A stretch of 64,000 nt of DNA from an uncultured Lachnospiraceae bacterium (GCA_947167155.1 CAMVHB010000002.1:877-64876); one strand, 5' to 3'; shown: positions 37,362-47,799, numbered from the stretch's first letter. Numbers and translations: made by a program. Notes: generated by a model not told the origin, from the letters alone.

Positions 37362-38405
37362 TCACATCTGTCCTGTAGCTATCTTTGCCACATCGGATAT
37401 CATCACGACTACCATCAATGCCATCAGCGCAATAAAACCGGCGGTATTCACATATCCTTCCACCTTCCTCGACACCTTCTTTTTCGATATCCCTTCGATG
37501 AGAAGGAAGAGAAGCCTTCCTCCGTCAAGTGCGGGAATGGGGATCAGGTTCATAACACCAAGGTTCGCAGAAAGAAGCACCGTGATATTGAAGAGGTTCA
37601 TTACCACATAAAGCCCGCCGTCGGGGATGGAATTCTTGACGGTGTCGCCTATTACCTTCACAATACCGACAGGGCCTGACATATCTTTGATCCCGACTTG
37701 TCCGGTGATCAGCATCCCGAGACTCTTGAAGGTCACAGTGATCTGATAACGAAGCTCATAGAAGGCATTTCCCAAAGCCTCAAAGAAATTCAACTTTTTG
37801 TTTTCGACCGGACCTGTGATCCCGAGAAGGTACCTCTGATCCTCCTCTGAAAATTTCGGAATGAGCGTAGTCTTTGCTTCCTTGCCATCCCTTATATAGG
37901 TCACCTCAACGGGCTTCCCCTTGTTGAAGAAGTTGAAGGCGGTGACTTCCTTGTAGAAATGGACATCATAATTTCCGAGGGCCTTGATCCTGTCGCCCTC
38001 CTGAAGGCCTGCCTCTTCTGCCGGATAGCCTTCCATGACATTTGATACAACAGGCTCTGAGATCCCCATGGTCCCGAGCATTATAGCCGCAAGGATGAAT
38101 GCAAGAAGGAAATTGAATAAAGGACCCGCGGCGATAATGAGTGCCCTCTTCCAGATGGGCTTCTTCAGAAAGCTCCTCTCATCATCGGTATCCTCGTCCT
38201 CGCCCTCCATCACGCAGGCACCGCCAAGCGGGAGAAGCCTCAGACAATAATCCGTCTCACCCTTTTTGAAACCTATGAGCCTCGGTCCAAAGCCGAGGCA
38301 GAATTCATTTACCTTTACGCCGCAGCGCTTTGCGACTATGAAATGTCCGAATTCATGAAAAAAGATAATGAATCCGAAGACCAGTATTGCGATTACTATT
38401 GTCAT
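37362..38405 (-). CDS. rseP: RIP site-2 metalloprotease
   Basis: 'HEFGHF' zinc motif, a PDZ-like middle region and multiple TM segments. Confidence 0.9.
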   Translation of the reverse strand: MTIVIAILVFGFIIFFHEFGHFIVAKRCGVKVNEFCLGFGPRLIGFKKGETDYCLRLLPLGGACVMEGEDEDTDDERSFLKKPIWKRALIIAAGPLFNFLLAFILAAIMLGTMGISEPVVSNVMEGYPAEEAGLQEGDRIKALGNYDVHFYKEVTAFNFFNKGKPVEVTYIRDGKEAKTTLIPKFSEEDQRYLLGITGPVENKKLNFFEALGNAFYELRYQITVTFKSLGMLITGQVGIKDMSGPVGIVKVIGDTVKNSIPDGGLYVVMNLFNITVLLSANLGVMNLIPIPALDGGRLLFLLIEGISKKKVSRKVEGYVNTAGFIALMALMVVVMISDVAKIATGQM

Positions 38406-39553
38406 AAATGATCCTTCCTGATACGCTCTTTTGTAATATTCCCTGTCTGCTCTATTTCGTCAAGCGAGGGAGAACTGATGTATTCTGTCTCCTCCACTGC
38501 TTTTTCAATGATGTCGGCAATATCGGTAAAGCCGATCCTTTTTTCGAGGAAGAGTTTTACTGCTTCTTCATCCGCTGCGTTAAAGGCGCTCGGCAGATTT
38601 CCACCCTGCCTTCCCACCTCCATTGCGATCTTCAGTCCTTTAAAAACCGAAAGATCAGGCTTCTCGAAGGTCAAGTCCTTTATCGAAAAAAGATCAAGCC
38701 TCTTTCCGGAAAGACACTCTCTCTTTGGATAAGTGAGGGCGTACTGGATCGGGATCCTCATGTCCGGAGTCCCAAGCTGCGCCATAACGGCTCCGTCTTT
38801 GAACATTACTGCTGAATGAAGTATCGACTGCCTGTGGACATGGACCACGATATCGTCTATCGGCACATCAAAAAGCCAATGCGCCTCCATGACCTCAAGT
38901 CCTTTGTTTACCATATCGGCGGAGTCTATGGTGACCTTTGCTCCCATATCCCAGTTCGGATTTTTAAGAGCCTCATCCACCGTTACTTTTTGAAGCTCGA
39001 CAGCGCTCATCCCGAAAAAGGGACCGCCTGAAGCCGTAAGAATTATCCTGTCTATCTCATTATCACGATTTCCCTGAAGACTCTGGAAAATGGCGGAATG
39101 CTCGGAATCAACAGGAAGTATTGAGACCCCGTACTCTTTTGCAAGAGGCATAATGATATGCCCGGCGCAGACGAGAGTCTCCTTGTTCGCAAGGGCTATG
39201 TCCTTCTTTGCCTTGATCGCGGCAATGGTAGGCTCTATCCCACGCATTCCTACTATGCCGGAGACCAGGATGTCGGATGAAGAGAAAGATGAGACTGTAA
39301 GGAGTCCCTCCTTGCCGCATCCCATCCCTTTTATGGGACAGTCTTTTGTCAGTTCCATTAAGGCAGGGAGATCCTCTTCCCGTTCAACTGAGACATATTC
39401 GGGATGAAATTCCCTTATCTCTTCTGCGAGAAGCGCAATATTCCTGCCGCAAGAGAGAGCTTTTACACTGAACTCGTCAGGGTGTTCCCTGATGACGGAA
39501 AGCGTCTGTGTGCCTATAGAGCCTGTTGAGCCTATTATCGAGACATTCTTCAA
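38402..39553 (-). CDS. dxr: 1-deoxy-D-xylulose 5-phosphate reductoisomerase
   Basis: 'GSTGSIGTQTL' NADPH motif. Conserved synteny. Confidence 0.95.
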   Translation of the reverse strand: MKNVSIIGSTGSIGTQTLSVIREHPDEFSVKALSCGRNIALLAEEIREFHPEYVSVEREEDLPALMELTKDCPIKGMGCGKEGLLTVSSFSSSDILVSGIVGMRGIEPTIAAIKAKKDIALANKETLVCAGHIIMPLAKEYGVSILPVDSEHSAIFQSLQGNRDNEIDRIILTASGGPFFGMSAVELQKVTVDEALKNPNWDMGAKVTIDSADMVNKGLEVMEAHWLFDVPIDDIVVHVHRQSILHSAVMFKDGAVMAQLGTPDMRIPIQYALTYPKRECLSGKRLDLFSIKDLTFEKPDLSVFKGLKIAMEVGRQGGNLPSAFNAADEEAVKLFLEKRIGFTDIADIIEKAVEETEYISSPSLDEIEQTGNITKERIRKDHL

Positions 39554-39558
39554 AAAGA

Positions 39559-40383
39559 TCAGCTCCTTGAAAGAAATACAGCAAAATAGTAGATGATTGG
39601 AGCCGTGATGATTACGGAATCAAAACGGTCCAGGATCCCTCCATGACCGGGTATCAGTTTTCCATAGTCCTTGATCCCGGTGTGCCTCTTTATTCCGCTT
39701 GCCGCAAGGTCTCCTATCATTGATATGAAGCCGCCGGCGCCGGCGGAAACAGAAAGAAAGACAATGTCCGGAAGTAAAAGATTTGCTTCATTCCTGAAGA
39801 TGTAGAGGTAGATGAAGGTAAGTACTATCGCACCGGCTATACCCCCTATAGCGCCTTCTACTGATTTTTTTGGTGAAAGCTTCGGCGACATCTTGTGCTT
39901 TCCGATGAGAACCCCGACGCAGTAAGCAAAGGTATCAGTTCCCCAGGAGGCAAGGAAAATGAGCCAGACTATGATATAGCCTTTATCCATCTGCCTCGTA
40001 AGGAAGATGAAGGAAAGCATCACCGGCACATAGAAGACCCCGAAGAAGGCCGTAAAGACATTGGCCGGCTCGTATTTTGGATAAGTAAATACATAGACCG
40101 TAAGAAGCGCGATCAAAAGGGCTATGAAGAGGAATACCGCGGACTGGGCTAAAGCATCCTGACCAAAGATCGGAAAGATGAAACTCAAGTAAAAGACTAT
40201 AGTAAAGATATAGCCGAGAAGTGCCAGGATCGACCTTTGGAGCGAAAAAGCCCGGTATAGTTCAAATAGCCCTATCAGTGAAAGAGCCATGGTGGAAAAG
40301 AGAAGGACATAGCCTCCCGGTATTATCAAAACGAGTGCGAGCGCGATCAATATTATCCCGCTGAAAAGCCTTTTGCCAAACAT
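39559..40383 (-). CDS. cdsA: phosphatidate cytidylyltransferase
   Basis: 'SGIKRHTGIKDYGKLIPGHGGILDRFDS' signature. Confidence 0.93.
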   Translation of the reverse strand: MFGKRLFSGIILIALALVLIIPGGYVLLFSTMALSLIGLFELYRAFSLQRSILALLGYIFTIVFYLSFIFPIFGQDALAQSAVFLFIALLIALLTVYVFTYPKYEPANVFTAFFGVFYVPVMLSFIFLTRQMDKGYIIVWLIFLASWGTDTFAYCVGVLIGKHKMSPKLSPKKSVEGAIGGIAGAIVLTFIYLYIFRNEANLLLPDIVFLSVSAGAGGFISMIGDLAASGIKRHTGIKDYGKLIPGHGGILDRFDSVIITAPIIYYFAVFLSRS

Positions 40384-40456
40384 ATTCTGATCCTTAATAA
40401 GTCTAAAACATTAACTTATGAATTATAACAGAATCCCTCTCGTTTATAAAGATGTA

Positions 40457-41179
40457 CTAAGCGCCGTACCTTCTGCTCCTTCGCCCGTACTCATCAATGG
40501 CCTTGTTCAGTTCATTCTCATCAAAGTCAGGCCAGAGAGTATCCGTGAAATAAAACTCCGTATAACAAAGCTGCCAGGGCAGGAAATTTGATATCCTCTC
40601 CTCTCCGGAGGTCCTGATCAAAAGATCGGGATCCGGAAGTCCTGCCGTATCAAGGGATGACGATATCAGTGCTTCATCCACGGCGCTTTCTACGCCCTCT
40701 TCCTCTATCCTCTTTCTTAAGACCTCGTCAGACAGGAGTTTTCTCACAGCCCTTATTATCTCGTCTCTCCCGCCGTAATTTAATGCGATCGAAAAGGTAA
40801 GTCCGGGATTGCCGCATGTGGCGCCCTCTGTGATCTCAATCTCCTCCTGAAGTTCTTTCGGGAGTCCCGGCACGTCACCTATTATCCTGATCTTCATATG
40901 GTTTTCCACAGCGATCTTTCTGCAGCGGGCAAGATACTGCTTAAGAAGCTTCATCAGTGTTGAAACCTCATCCTCGGATCTCTTCCAGTTCTCTGTCGAA
41001 AAGGCATACATCGTAACATATTCAACGCCGAGCCTGTCACACTCCTTAACGCAGGGTTCCACCCTCTTTGCCCCGGCTGCATGACCATAGCTTCTCGGCA
41101 TCCCCTTTTTCTTTGCCCAGCGCCCGTTCCCGTCAAGGATGATCGCGATATGGCGCGGTATCTTTCTTTCTTCTTCCAT
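40457..41179 (-). CDS. uppS: isoprenyl transferase (undecaprenyl diphosphate synthase)
   Basis: 'HIAIILDGNGRWA'. Start trimmed to the ATG at 41179. Confidence 0.93.
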   Translation of the reverse strand: MEEERKIPRHIAIILDGNGRWAKKKGMPRSYGHAAGAKRVEPCVKECDRLGVEYVTMYAFSTENWKRSEDEVSTLMKLLKQYLARCRKIAVENHMKIRIIGDVPGLPKELQEEIEITEGATCGNPGLTFSIALNYGGRDEIIRAVRKLLSDEVLRKRIEEEGVESAVDEALISSSLDTAGLPDPDLLIRTSGEERISNFLPWQLCYTEFYFTDTLWPDFDENELNKAIDEYGRRSRRYGA

Positions 41180-41262
41180 AATGATTATTCTCTCAAAAAC
41201 ATAAGGGGACACAAAGCTCTCTAAGCCTTGTGTCCCGACCAAAAAACCACTTCATAAAAAGA

Positions 41263-41814
41263 TCATACAGTCATCACTTCATCAGTCTTTTTCTTCACCG
41301 CATCATCAGCCTTCTTGATAAAGCTGTCCGTGAGCTTCTGGACTTCGTCCTCAAGATCCTTGATCTCGTCCTCTGAAACATCTTCCTTTTCAAGCTTCTT
41401 CATGGCATCCACGGCATCACGCCTGATGTTCCTGATGGCGACCTTTGCTTCCTCACCCTTCTTCTTCACATCCTTCGCAAGATCCTTACGTCTCTCCTCG
41501 GTAAGCTCGGGAAATACCAGGCGAAGAGCCTTTCCGTCATTTGTCGGATTGATGCCTATGTCGGAGGACTGTATCTCCTTTTCAATGACCTTCAGCATCG
41601 AAGGCTCCCAGGGAGATATCTGTATCATCCTGGGCTCCGGAACATTGACATTTGCAACCTGCTGAATGGGAGTCGGTGTTCCGTAATAGTCTACCCGAAG
41701 ATGATCAAGGATATGCGGATTCGCCCTCCCGGCGCGTATGGAATCAAGCTCGGAAAAGAGATTGTTCATGGTCTTTCCCATCTTTTCCTCAAAAGGCTTA
41801 AGTCTTTCGTCCAT
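41263..41814 (-). CDS. frr: ribosome recycling factor
   Basis: 183 aa, 'RAGRANPHILDHLRVDYYGTPTPI'. Confidence 0.95.
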   Translation of the reverse strand: MDERLKPFEEKMGKTMNNLFSELDSIRAGRANPHILDHLRVDYYGTPTPIQQVANVNVPEPRMIQISPWEPSMLKVIEKEIQSSDIGINPTNDGKALRLVFPELTEERRKDLAKDVKKKGEEAKVAIRNIRRDAVDAMKKLEKEDVSEDEIKDLEDEVQKLTDSFIKKADDAVKKKTDEVMTV

Positions 41815-41836
41815 GATGATAACCCCCTTTTTGTTT

Positions 41837-42544
41837 CTAAGCAGTAACTACGGTCCCGTTGAAATCAGCTCCTGATGCAGCTTTCTGTATCTCACCCTTT
41901 TCAAAGAGAGAAAAAACATAAAGCGGCATATGGTGCTCCATACACATCACAGAGGCTGATAGATCAAGAACCTGAAGCTTCTTTTCAACGACTTCCCCGA
42001 TAGATAGCCTGTCATAGCGCACCGCAGTGTCGTCAAGTTTCGGATCGGCGGAATAGACACCGTCTATCGTCTTTGCAAGAAGTATTCCGTCACACTCCGT
42101 CTCTATGGCGCGAAGTGAAGCCCCTGTATCCGTTGAAAAGTACGGATGCCCTGTTCCTCCGGCAAAAAACACCACCTTACCATCATTAAGTGCTTCGAGT
42201 GCCTTGTCCTTTGAGAAAAGCTCTGTAAAGGCTCCGACCAAAAAAGGTGTCATGATGATCGTGGAAAGTCCTACAGATCTCATGATCTCTGAAACATAGA
42301 GACAGTTCATGACTGTTGCAAGCATCCCGATCTGATCGGCCTTTGTCCTGTCTATCTTTTCAGAGGAGCGCCCCCTCCAGAAGTTTCCACCGCCTATCAC
42401 GATAGAAAGCTGAATCCCTTCTTCAACGAGGGCCTTCACTTCCTTTGCCACCTCAAGAACGGCAGCTTCGTCGAAACCCGTTTTCTTTTCTCCGGCAAGA
42501 GCTTCGCCGGAAAGTTTCAGGAGAAATCTCTTCATATCAGGCAA
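41837..42544 (-). CDS. pyrH: UMP kinase
   Basis: 'LLKLSGEAL'. The true start may be the ATG at 42535. Confidence 0.95.
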   Translation of the reverse strand: MPDMKRFLLKLSGEALAGEKKTGFDEAAVLEVAKEVKALVEEGIQLSIVIGGGNFWRGRSSEKIDRTKADQIGMLATVMNCLYVSEIMRSVGLSTIIMTPFLVGAFTELFSKDKALEALNDGKVVFFAGGTGHPYFSTDTGASLRAIETECDGILLAKTIDGVYSADPKLDDTAVRYDRLSIGEVVEKKLQVLDLSASVMCMEHHMPLYVFSLFEKGEIQKAASGADFNGTVVTA

Positions 42545-43514
42545 ATACGCTCTCTACATCCACATCTGCGTATTCCTGTGAGCAGAAGCCCTGGATAACA
42601 GCACCGTTGTTGATCTGTACGGAACGTGACTTGATATTTCCCATGACTACGGCAGATGTATCTACGACAACCGGTCCCTGAACATCTATATCGCCCTTTA
42701 CAGCGCCTGCTATAACAGCACTCGTAGCCTTGATATTTCCTATGATGACAGAGCCTACGCCGATCTTTACGGTGCCCTGTGTGGAAACCTCGCCCTCGAT
42801 CTTCGCCTGATCTGCAAAGAATTCCGAGGATGAGGAATTGCCCTTTATAGTTCCGGTAACGGTAAGCTTTCCGTTGCAGTTGACATTTCCGTTAATCAGA
42901 CCCTCTACGCTGATCGAACCTGTTGATGTAAGGTCACCGGTGATCGTCATTCCGGCCGTGATCACAGCATTCTCGTCAGATACCTGATTTGCAGGTGAAG
43001 GTGCCTCTGCCGCAGGCTGATGAGCGTAGGCATCCTGTACAGGCTCCGTTGCAGGAGCAGCTGCACTTGCTTCGGTATTTGCGGGTTCAGCAGCTGAAGA
43101 AAGCCCTTCAAAATTGAATGTGTTGTTTTCCATGGTATCATTCTCCTTTTCTTCTGTTTCAGGCTTGATCTCTTTCATCTCATCAAGTGAGAAAGCGGGT
43201 GCCTCCTCTTCCTTCTTGCTTTCTTCTGTCTTGCCGGGATCTACCACATTCTCGGAATCCATTGAGAAGAATGACGGTTTGCTGACTTTCTCTTCTTCAG
43301 CAGGCTCAGCCTTCTTGTTTGAGTCAACCTTCTTTGAAACAGAAGCAAGGAGCCCGTCAAGCTTGTTCAATTCCTCTTCGACATCAATATCCTTGTCTGC
43401 ATTGAGGGAAACATCCTTGCCTGTCTTGAACTCATCATCAGAGGATTTTCCTCCGGGGATGAGCTCATCCACAGCATCTGAAAAATCTTCCTTCAGATCC
43501 TTAAAAAAACCCAT
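42537..43514 (-). CDS. bactofilin-family protein with a long acidic N-terminal region
   Basis: The C-terminal ~130 aa form a beta-helical repeat ('ITGDLTSTGSISVEGLINGNVNCNGKLTVTGTIKGN...VIAGAVKGDIDV'). The N-terminal ~180 aa are Glu/Lys/Ala-rich. Confidence 0.75.
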   Translation of the reverse strand: MGFFKDLKEDFSDAVDELIPGGKSSDDEFKTGKDVSLNADKDIDVEEELNKLDGLLASVSKKVDSNKKAEPAEEEKVSKPSFFSMDSENVVDPGKTEESKKEEEAPAFSLDEMKEIKPETEEKENDTMENNTFNFEGLSSAAEPANTEASAAAPATEPVQDAYAHQPAAEAPSPANQVSDENAVITAGMTITGDLTSTGSISVEGLINGNVNCNGKLTVTGTIKGNSSSSEFFADQAKIEGEVSTQGTVKIGVGSVIIGNIKATSAVIAGAVKGDIDVQGPVVVDTSAVVMGNIKSRSVQINNGAVIQGFCSQEYADVDVESVFA

Positions 43515-43535
43515 AATCCTTTTCCTCCTGTAATT

Positions 43536-44495
43536 TTATTCGCCTTCTTTAAGCTTGACGTGCTGTATCACCGTAGTGTCGCGGCTTATCGGAAGGATCA
43601 GGGCTCCTTTTTGCTGAAGAAGCTCTATCAATCTCGGCAGTGACTCGACCGTACGGCCCTTGTCCGCTGCTTCATGCATCAAGACAACGGACGTTTTGTA
43701 TTTTACCACATCATTCATTACATTTTCAATGAGCTCCTCAACTGTATAATCAGATGAGGTCTCATCCCCGTTCGCCACATTCCAGTCGAAATAGGTGACA
43801 TTCTTCTCATTGAGAAATCTGATGAGTTCAGACATATCTGTTGCTGAAACTGTATTTGAGCTCCCACCCGGAAATCTGTAATATTTCGGCTCTATCCCCG
43901 TCACATCATATACATATTTTCTGATCTTCTCAAAATCTGCGGCAAAGGCATCCTTTGATGCATAAAGCTCATTGTATTTGTGCGAGAAGGAATGAAGACC
44001 TATGGTATGCCCCTCATTTACTATCCTCTTCATTGCGATCCTCGAATCCTCATCGGTCTTTCCAACCACGAAGAAGGTTGCCTTCACTCCGTAATCATCA
44101 AGAATATCGAGTATCCTGTTTGTATAAGAGCTCGGTCCGTCATCAAAGGTAAGATAAACCTTGAGCGTATCCTTCTCCCCTGCGAGATTTGCCTCCGCGG
44201 TCTTTGTGTCGGCCACAAGGATATCACTTTCCGGAACAACAGTATCAATGACCGTCTTTCTTTGTGCTTTCACAGCCTCAAGCTTTGAAACCTTGTCCGA
44301 AAGATCATTGATCTGCTTCTGCATCGAGGCCGCGGAAAATGACAGAACAAAGAGCATAACTATCGAAACAAGGACATATATCACGATAAAGGCTATAATG
44401 CCGGTCTTTATCCTTTGAACTCTCTTCCTCTTCTCCCTCTTTCTTCTGAGAAGGATCTCCTGCTCGACTGAAGTTGTATTTGATGAAGCATCCAT
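43536..44495 (-). CDS. membrane-anchored polysaccharide deacetylase (NodB homology domain)
   Basis: 'LTFDDGPS' and 'HSFSH', with an N-terminal TM segment. I trimmed the start to the ATG at 44495 because the track extension overlaps the tsf terminator. Confidence 0.8.
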   Translation of the reverse strand: MDASSNTTSVEQEILLRRKREKRKRVQRIKTGIIAFIVIYVLVSIVMLFVLSFSAASMQKQINDLSDKVSKLEAVKAQRKTVIDTVVPESDILVADTKTAEANLAGEKDTLKVYLTFDDGPSSYTNRILDILDDYGVKATFFVVGKTDEDSRIAMKRIVNEGHTIGLHSFSHKYNELYASKDAFAADFEKIRKYVYDVTGIEPKYYRFPGGSSNTVSATDMSELIRFLNEKNVTYFDWNVANGDETSSDYTVEELIENVMNDVVKYKTSVVLMHEAADKGRTVESLPRLIELLQQKGALILPISRDTTVIQHVKLKEGE

Positions 44496-44508
44496 CGCTT
44501 TATCCTTT

Positions 44509-44541
44509 AAAAAACCGGACACCGGATCATTCGGTGCCCGG
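44509..44541 (-). terminator. rho-independent terminator after tsf
   Basis: The minus strand reads CCGGGCACCG-AATGAT-CCGGTGTCCGG followed by TTTTTT. Confidence 0.65.
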
Positions 44542-44565
44542 CGTACTTAAGTATTAAGCGCCAAC

Positions 44566-45498
44566 TTACTGGATCTGCTTTGCAACCTCTTCCGCAAAGT
44601 TCTCCTGTTTCTTTTCAATTCCCTCGCCTGTCTCAAAGCGGACAAATTCAACTATCTTGACGTCTTTGCCGTTTGCCTTCGAAACGGCTTCAAGGTATTT
44701 TCCAACGGACTGCTTTCCGTCCTCAGCCTTTACATAAACCTGATCGAGAAGGCATACCTCCTTGAGCTCCTTGTTGAGACGACCCTTTACCATGCCTTCC
44801 TTGACATTCTGGGGCTTTGCAGCCTCCTTTGGATCATTTTCGATCTGAGCCATTATTATCTCTTTTTCATGATCAAGGAATTCCTGATCTACGTCAGCAT
44901 CACTCACGTACTTGGGATTCATGGCTGCGATCTGCATAGCAACGTTCTTGAGCGCTTCCTTCACATCATCTGTGACATTTTCACATGCGGCGTGAACAAG
45001 CACAGCGATCTTTCCGCCGGCGTGGATATAGGAAACAACAGCTCCGTCGGAAGCTGTGATCTTTTTGAACCTTCTGATCGAAAGGTTCTCACTTATCACT
45101 GCTATCTCGTCTGTAAGAGCTTCCTTCACGGTCTTTGAAGTATCCTCAGGCCACTTGTCTTCAAGAAAAGCATCTATGTCAGTAGCTGAAGTCTTAAGTG
45201 CAGCATTCGCCACCTTTCCGACATAAGACCTGAAATCTGCATTGTTTGCCACAAAATCAGTCTCTGAATTGACTTCGACTACAGCTGCGCTGTCGCCTTC
45301 TATTGCTACATCGCAAAGTCCTTCAGCCGCTATTCTTCCGGCCTTCTTCTCTGCCTTTGCCTGTCCGTTCTTTCTCAGATATTCAACCGCAGCCTCCATA
45401 TCACCGTCGGTCTCGGCAAGAGCCTTCTTGCACTCCATCATGCCGGCCCCGGTATCCTCACGGAGCTGCTTCACCATTGCTGCTGTTACTGCTGCCAT
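44566..45498 (-). CDS. tsf: elongation factor Ts
   Basis: 'VKQLREDTGAGMMECKKAL'. Confidence 0.97.
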   Translation of the reverse strand: MAAVTAAMVKQLREDTGAGMMECKKALAETDGDMEAAVEYLRKNGQAKAEKKAGRIAAEGLCDVAIEGDSAAVVEVNSETDFVANNADFRSYVGKVANAALKTSATDIDAFLEDKWPEDTSKTVKEALTDEIAVISENLSIRRFKKITASDGAVVSYIHAGGKIAVLVHAACENVTDDVKEALKNVAMQIAAMNPKYVSDADVDQEFLDHEKEIIMAQIENDPKEAAKPQNVKEGMVKGRLNKELKEVCLLDQVYVKAEDGKQSVGKYLEAVSKANGKDVKIVEFVRFETGEGIEKKQENFAEEVAKQIQ

Positions 45499-45500
45499 TA

Positions 45501-46226
45501 TTATTCCTCCTTGCCTTCTTCAGCTTCAGAACCTGCTTCCTCGGTGCCCTGCTTCGCCTCGATGACCGCGTCAGCCATCGCTCTTGTAAGAAGCTTCACA
45601 GCCCTTATGGCATCATCATTTCCGGGGATGATATAATCAAGCTCATCAGGATCCGCATTTGAATCTGCTATACCTACGATCGTAAGTCCGAGAGCACGCG
45701 CCTCTGAAACGCAGATATGCTCCTTCTTCGGATCGATCACAAATATGGCATCGGGGAGATGCTTCATCTCCTTGATTCCGCCGAGATTCCTCTGAAGCTT
45801 TTCTCTTTCCTTCTCAAGTTCAAGAACTTCCTTCTTCGGAAGTACATCATAGGTTCCGTCGGAAGCCATCTTTTCGATCTTCTTCAGTCTTCCGATACGG
45901 CTCTGGATAGTCTTGAAATTCGTAAGCATTCCGCCGAGCCATCTCTGATTTACATAATACATACCGCAGCGCTCTGCTTCCTCGGCTACGGTGTCCTGCG
46001 CCTGCTTCTTCGTTCCTACAAAGAGAACGGTTCCGCCCTGCTGAACAATATCAAATATCGCATTGTAGGCATCATCCACCATTCCTACCGTCTTCTGGAG
46101 ATCGATAATGTGGATACCGTTTCTCTCCGTGAAGATGAATGGTGCCATCTTGGGGTTCCACCTTCTCGTCTGATGTCCGAAATGGACGCCGGCTTCGAGA
46201 AGCTGCTTCATTGAAAGTACGCTCAT
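45501..46226 (-). CDS. rpsB: 30S ribosomal protein S2
   Basis: '[19 protein letters not shown]'. Confidence 0.97.
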   Translation of the reverse strand: MSVLSMKQLLEAGVHFGHQTRRWNPKMAPFIFTERNGIHIIDLQKTVGMVDDAYNAIFDIVQQGGTVLFVGTKKQAQDTVAEEAERCGMYYVNQRWLGGMLTNFKTIQSRIGRLKKIEKMASDGTYDVLPKKEVLELEKEREKLQRNLGGIKEMKHLPDAIFVIDPKKEHICVSEARALGLTIVGIADSNADPDELDYIIPGNDDAIRAVKLLTRAMADAVIEAKQGTEEAGSEAEEGKEE

Positions 46227-46360
46227 TTTTTACCTTCCTTTCGGTTGTTCATCCATGCCCTTCCTCTGCGAAAAAAGACCGCATAAGGCACCGTTTCTTC
46301 GCATCCAAAGCATGTGATTTTTTCTACATGCCGGGACCTTCCCGGCACAAAAGCCTATAG

Positions 46361-46389
46361 ATAATAGCACAAGGAAAAAACCTGTGCAA
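46361..46389 (-). promoter_or_regulatory. candidate rpsB promoter
   Basis: Minus strand TTGCAC, 17 nt, TATTAT. A leader of about 130 nt follows, with hairpins such as TGCCGGGA-AGGT-CCCGGCA. Confidence 0.45.
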
Positions 46390-46398
46390 GTTTCTTTT

Positions 46399-47157
46399 TC
46401 AGAGCCTTACAGGAATATCATTCTCCTTTAAATACCTCTTCAGTTCCATTATATCTATCTCTCCGAAATGAAATAATGAGGCGGCAAGGGCCGCATCAGC
46501 GCCCGCCTCTTCAAATACAGTAAGAAAATCTGAAAGCTTCCCGGCTCCTCCGGACGCGATCACGGGAATATTTACCGCATCTGTGACTGCCTTTGTGAGA
46601 GCAAGATCATAGCCGTTCTTCGTTCCGTCCCCGTCCATTGAAGTAAGGAGTATCTCTCCTGCGCCGAGAGACTCGGCCTTTTTAGCCCATTCAACGGCGT
46701 CAAGTCCTGTATCCACGCGTCCTCCGTATTTGAACACATGAAAGGTACCGTCATTAAAAGCCTTCGCGTCAATAGCCACCGTCACACACTGGCTTCCGAA
46801 CTTGTATGAAGCTTCTCTGATAAGAGAAGGATTTTCTATGGCAGCGGAATTCACGGAGACCTTGTCAGCGCCCTCTCGAAGAATAGCCCGAAAGTCCTCT
46901 ACAGTCCTTATTCCTCCGCCTACCGTAAATGGGATGAAAAGCTGTGAAGCAACTCTTGACGCAAGTTCAACTACCGTATCTCGCCCGTCAGATGAGGCTG
47001 TGATATCAAGAAATACAACCTCATCCGCTCCCGCCTTGTCGTATTCACGCGCGACTGAGACGGGATCTCCGGCATCAATCAGATCTACAAAATTAACTCC
47101 CTTTACAACCCTGCCATCTTTCACGTCAAGGCAGGGTATTATCCTTTTCGTGTACAT
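46399..47157 (-). CDS. hisF: imidazole glycerol phosphate synthase, cyclase subunit
   Basis: '[16 protein letters not shown]' and full-length HisF motifs. Confidence 0.9.
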   Translation of the reverse strand: MYTKRIIPCLDVKDGRVVKGVNFVDLIDAGDPVSVAREYDKAGADEVVFLDITASSDGRDTVVELASRVASQLFIPFTVGGGIRTVEDFRAILREGADKVSVNSAAIENPSLIREASYKFGSQCVTVAIDAKAFNDGTFHVFKYGGRVDTGLDAVEWAKKAESLGAGEILLTSMDGDGTKNGYDLALTKAVTDAVNIPVIASGGAGKLSDFLTVFEEAGADAALAASLFHFGEIDIMELKRYLKENDIPVRL

Positions 47158-47166
47158 ATTGTTTTC

Positions 47167-47796
47167 TCACTTTTGGGAAAGAAAATTTGAAAGAACCAAA
47201 AGTCCCGTTTCACCGCTCTTTTCGGGATGAAACTGACACGCAAAGAAATTTTTGTCCTCTATTGCGGCATGGGTCCTTGTCCCGCCGTAATCCATTACCG
47301 CCCGGACCTTTTTTTCATCATCCATCGAAAGATAATATGAATGTACGAAATAAAAAAACGGTTCGCCCTTGATGCCGGAAAAAAGCCTGCCGGAATTGAC
47401 AAGAGAGCAGGAATTCCAGCCGATATCGGGAACCTTCAGTCCCTCTGATTCCTTGAGCCTTTTTACATGGCCTTTCAATATTGAAAGTCCTTTTACACCG
47501 GGGCTTTCCTCACTGTCTTCAAAGAGGATCTGAAGTCCGAGACAGATTCCGAGGAACGGATTTCCCTGTGTACGGAGTTTCATTATGATATCTTTAAGTC
47601 CATAGGAGACAAGATGCTCCATCGCATCCGCAAAGGAACCAACACCGGGAAGAATGACATGGGAAGAAGATAATATCTCACTCTCCTTCCTCGTGACGAA
47701 GGCTTTGAAGCCCAGATATTCAAGCGCCTTTACTACGCTTTTGATATTTCCCGCGTCATAGTCAATGACCGCTACCTGCTTTGATGTAGGTTCCAC
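47167..47796 (-). CDS. hisH: imidazole glycerol phosphate synthase, glutaminase subunit
   Basis: 'GICLGLQ' catalytic Cys and 'FHPEKS'. Confidence 0.9.
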   Translation of the reverse strand: MEPTSKQVAVIDYDAGNIKSVVKALEYLGFKAFVTRKESEILSSSHVILPGVGSFADAMEHLVSYGLKDIIMKLRTQGNPFLGICLGLQILFEDSEESPGVKGLSILKGHVKRLKESEGLKVPDIGWNSCSLVNSGRLFSGIKGEPFFYFVHSYYLSMDDEKKVRAVMDYGGTRTHAAIEDKNFFACQFHPEKSGETGLLVLSNFLSQK

Positions 47797-47799
47797 CTT

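Noticed and set aside
46399-47796. hisH/hisF as non-histidine paralogs (sugar-amidotransferase type)
   Set aside because: Both proteins show the canonical HisH/HisF motifs along their full length, and there are no glycan-biosynthesis neighbours. I kept them as ordinary IGP synthase subunits, although their operon context is noted in the findings.
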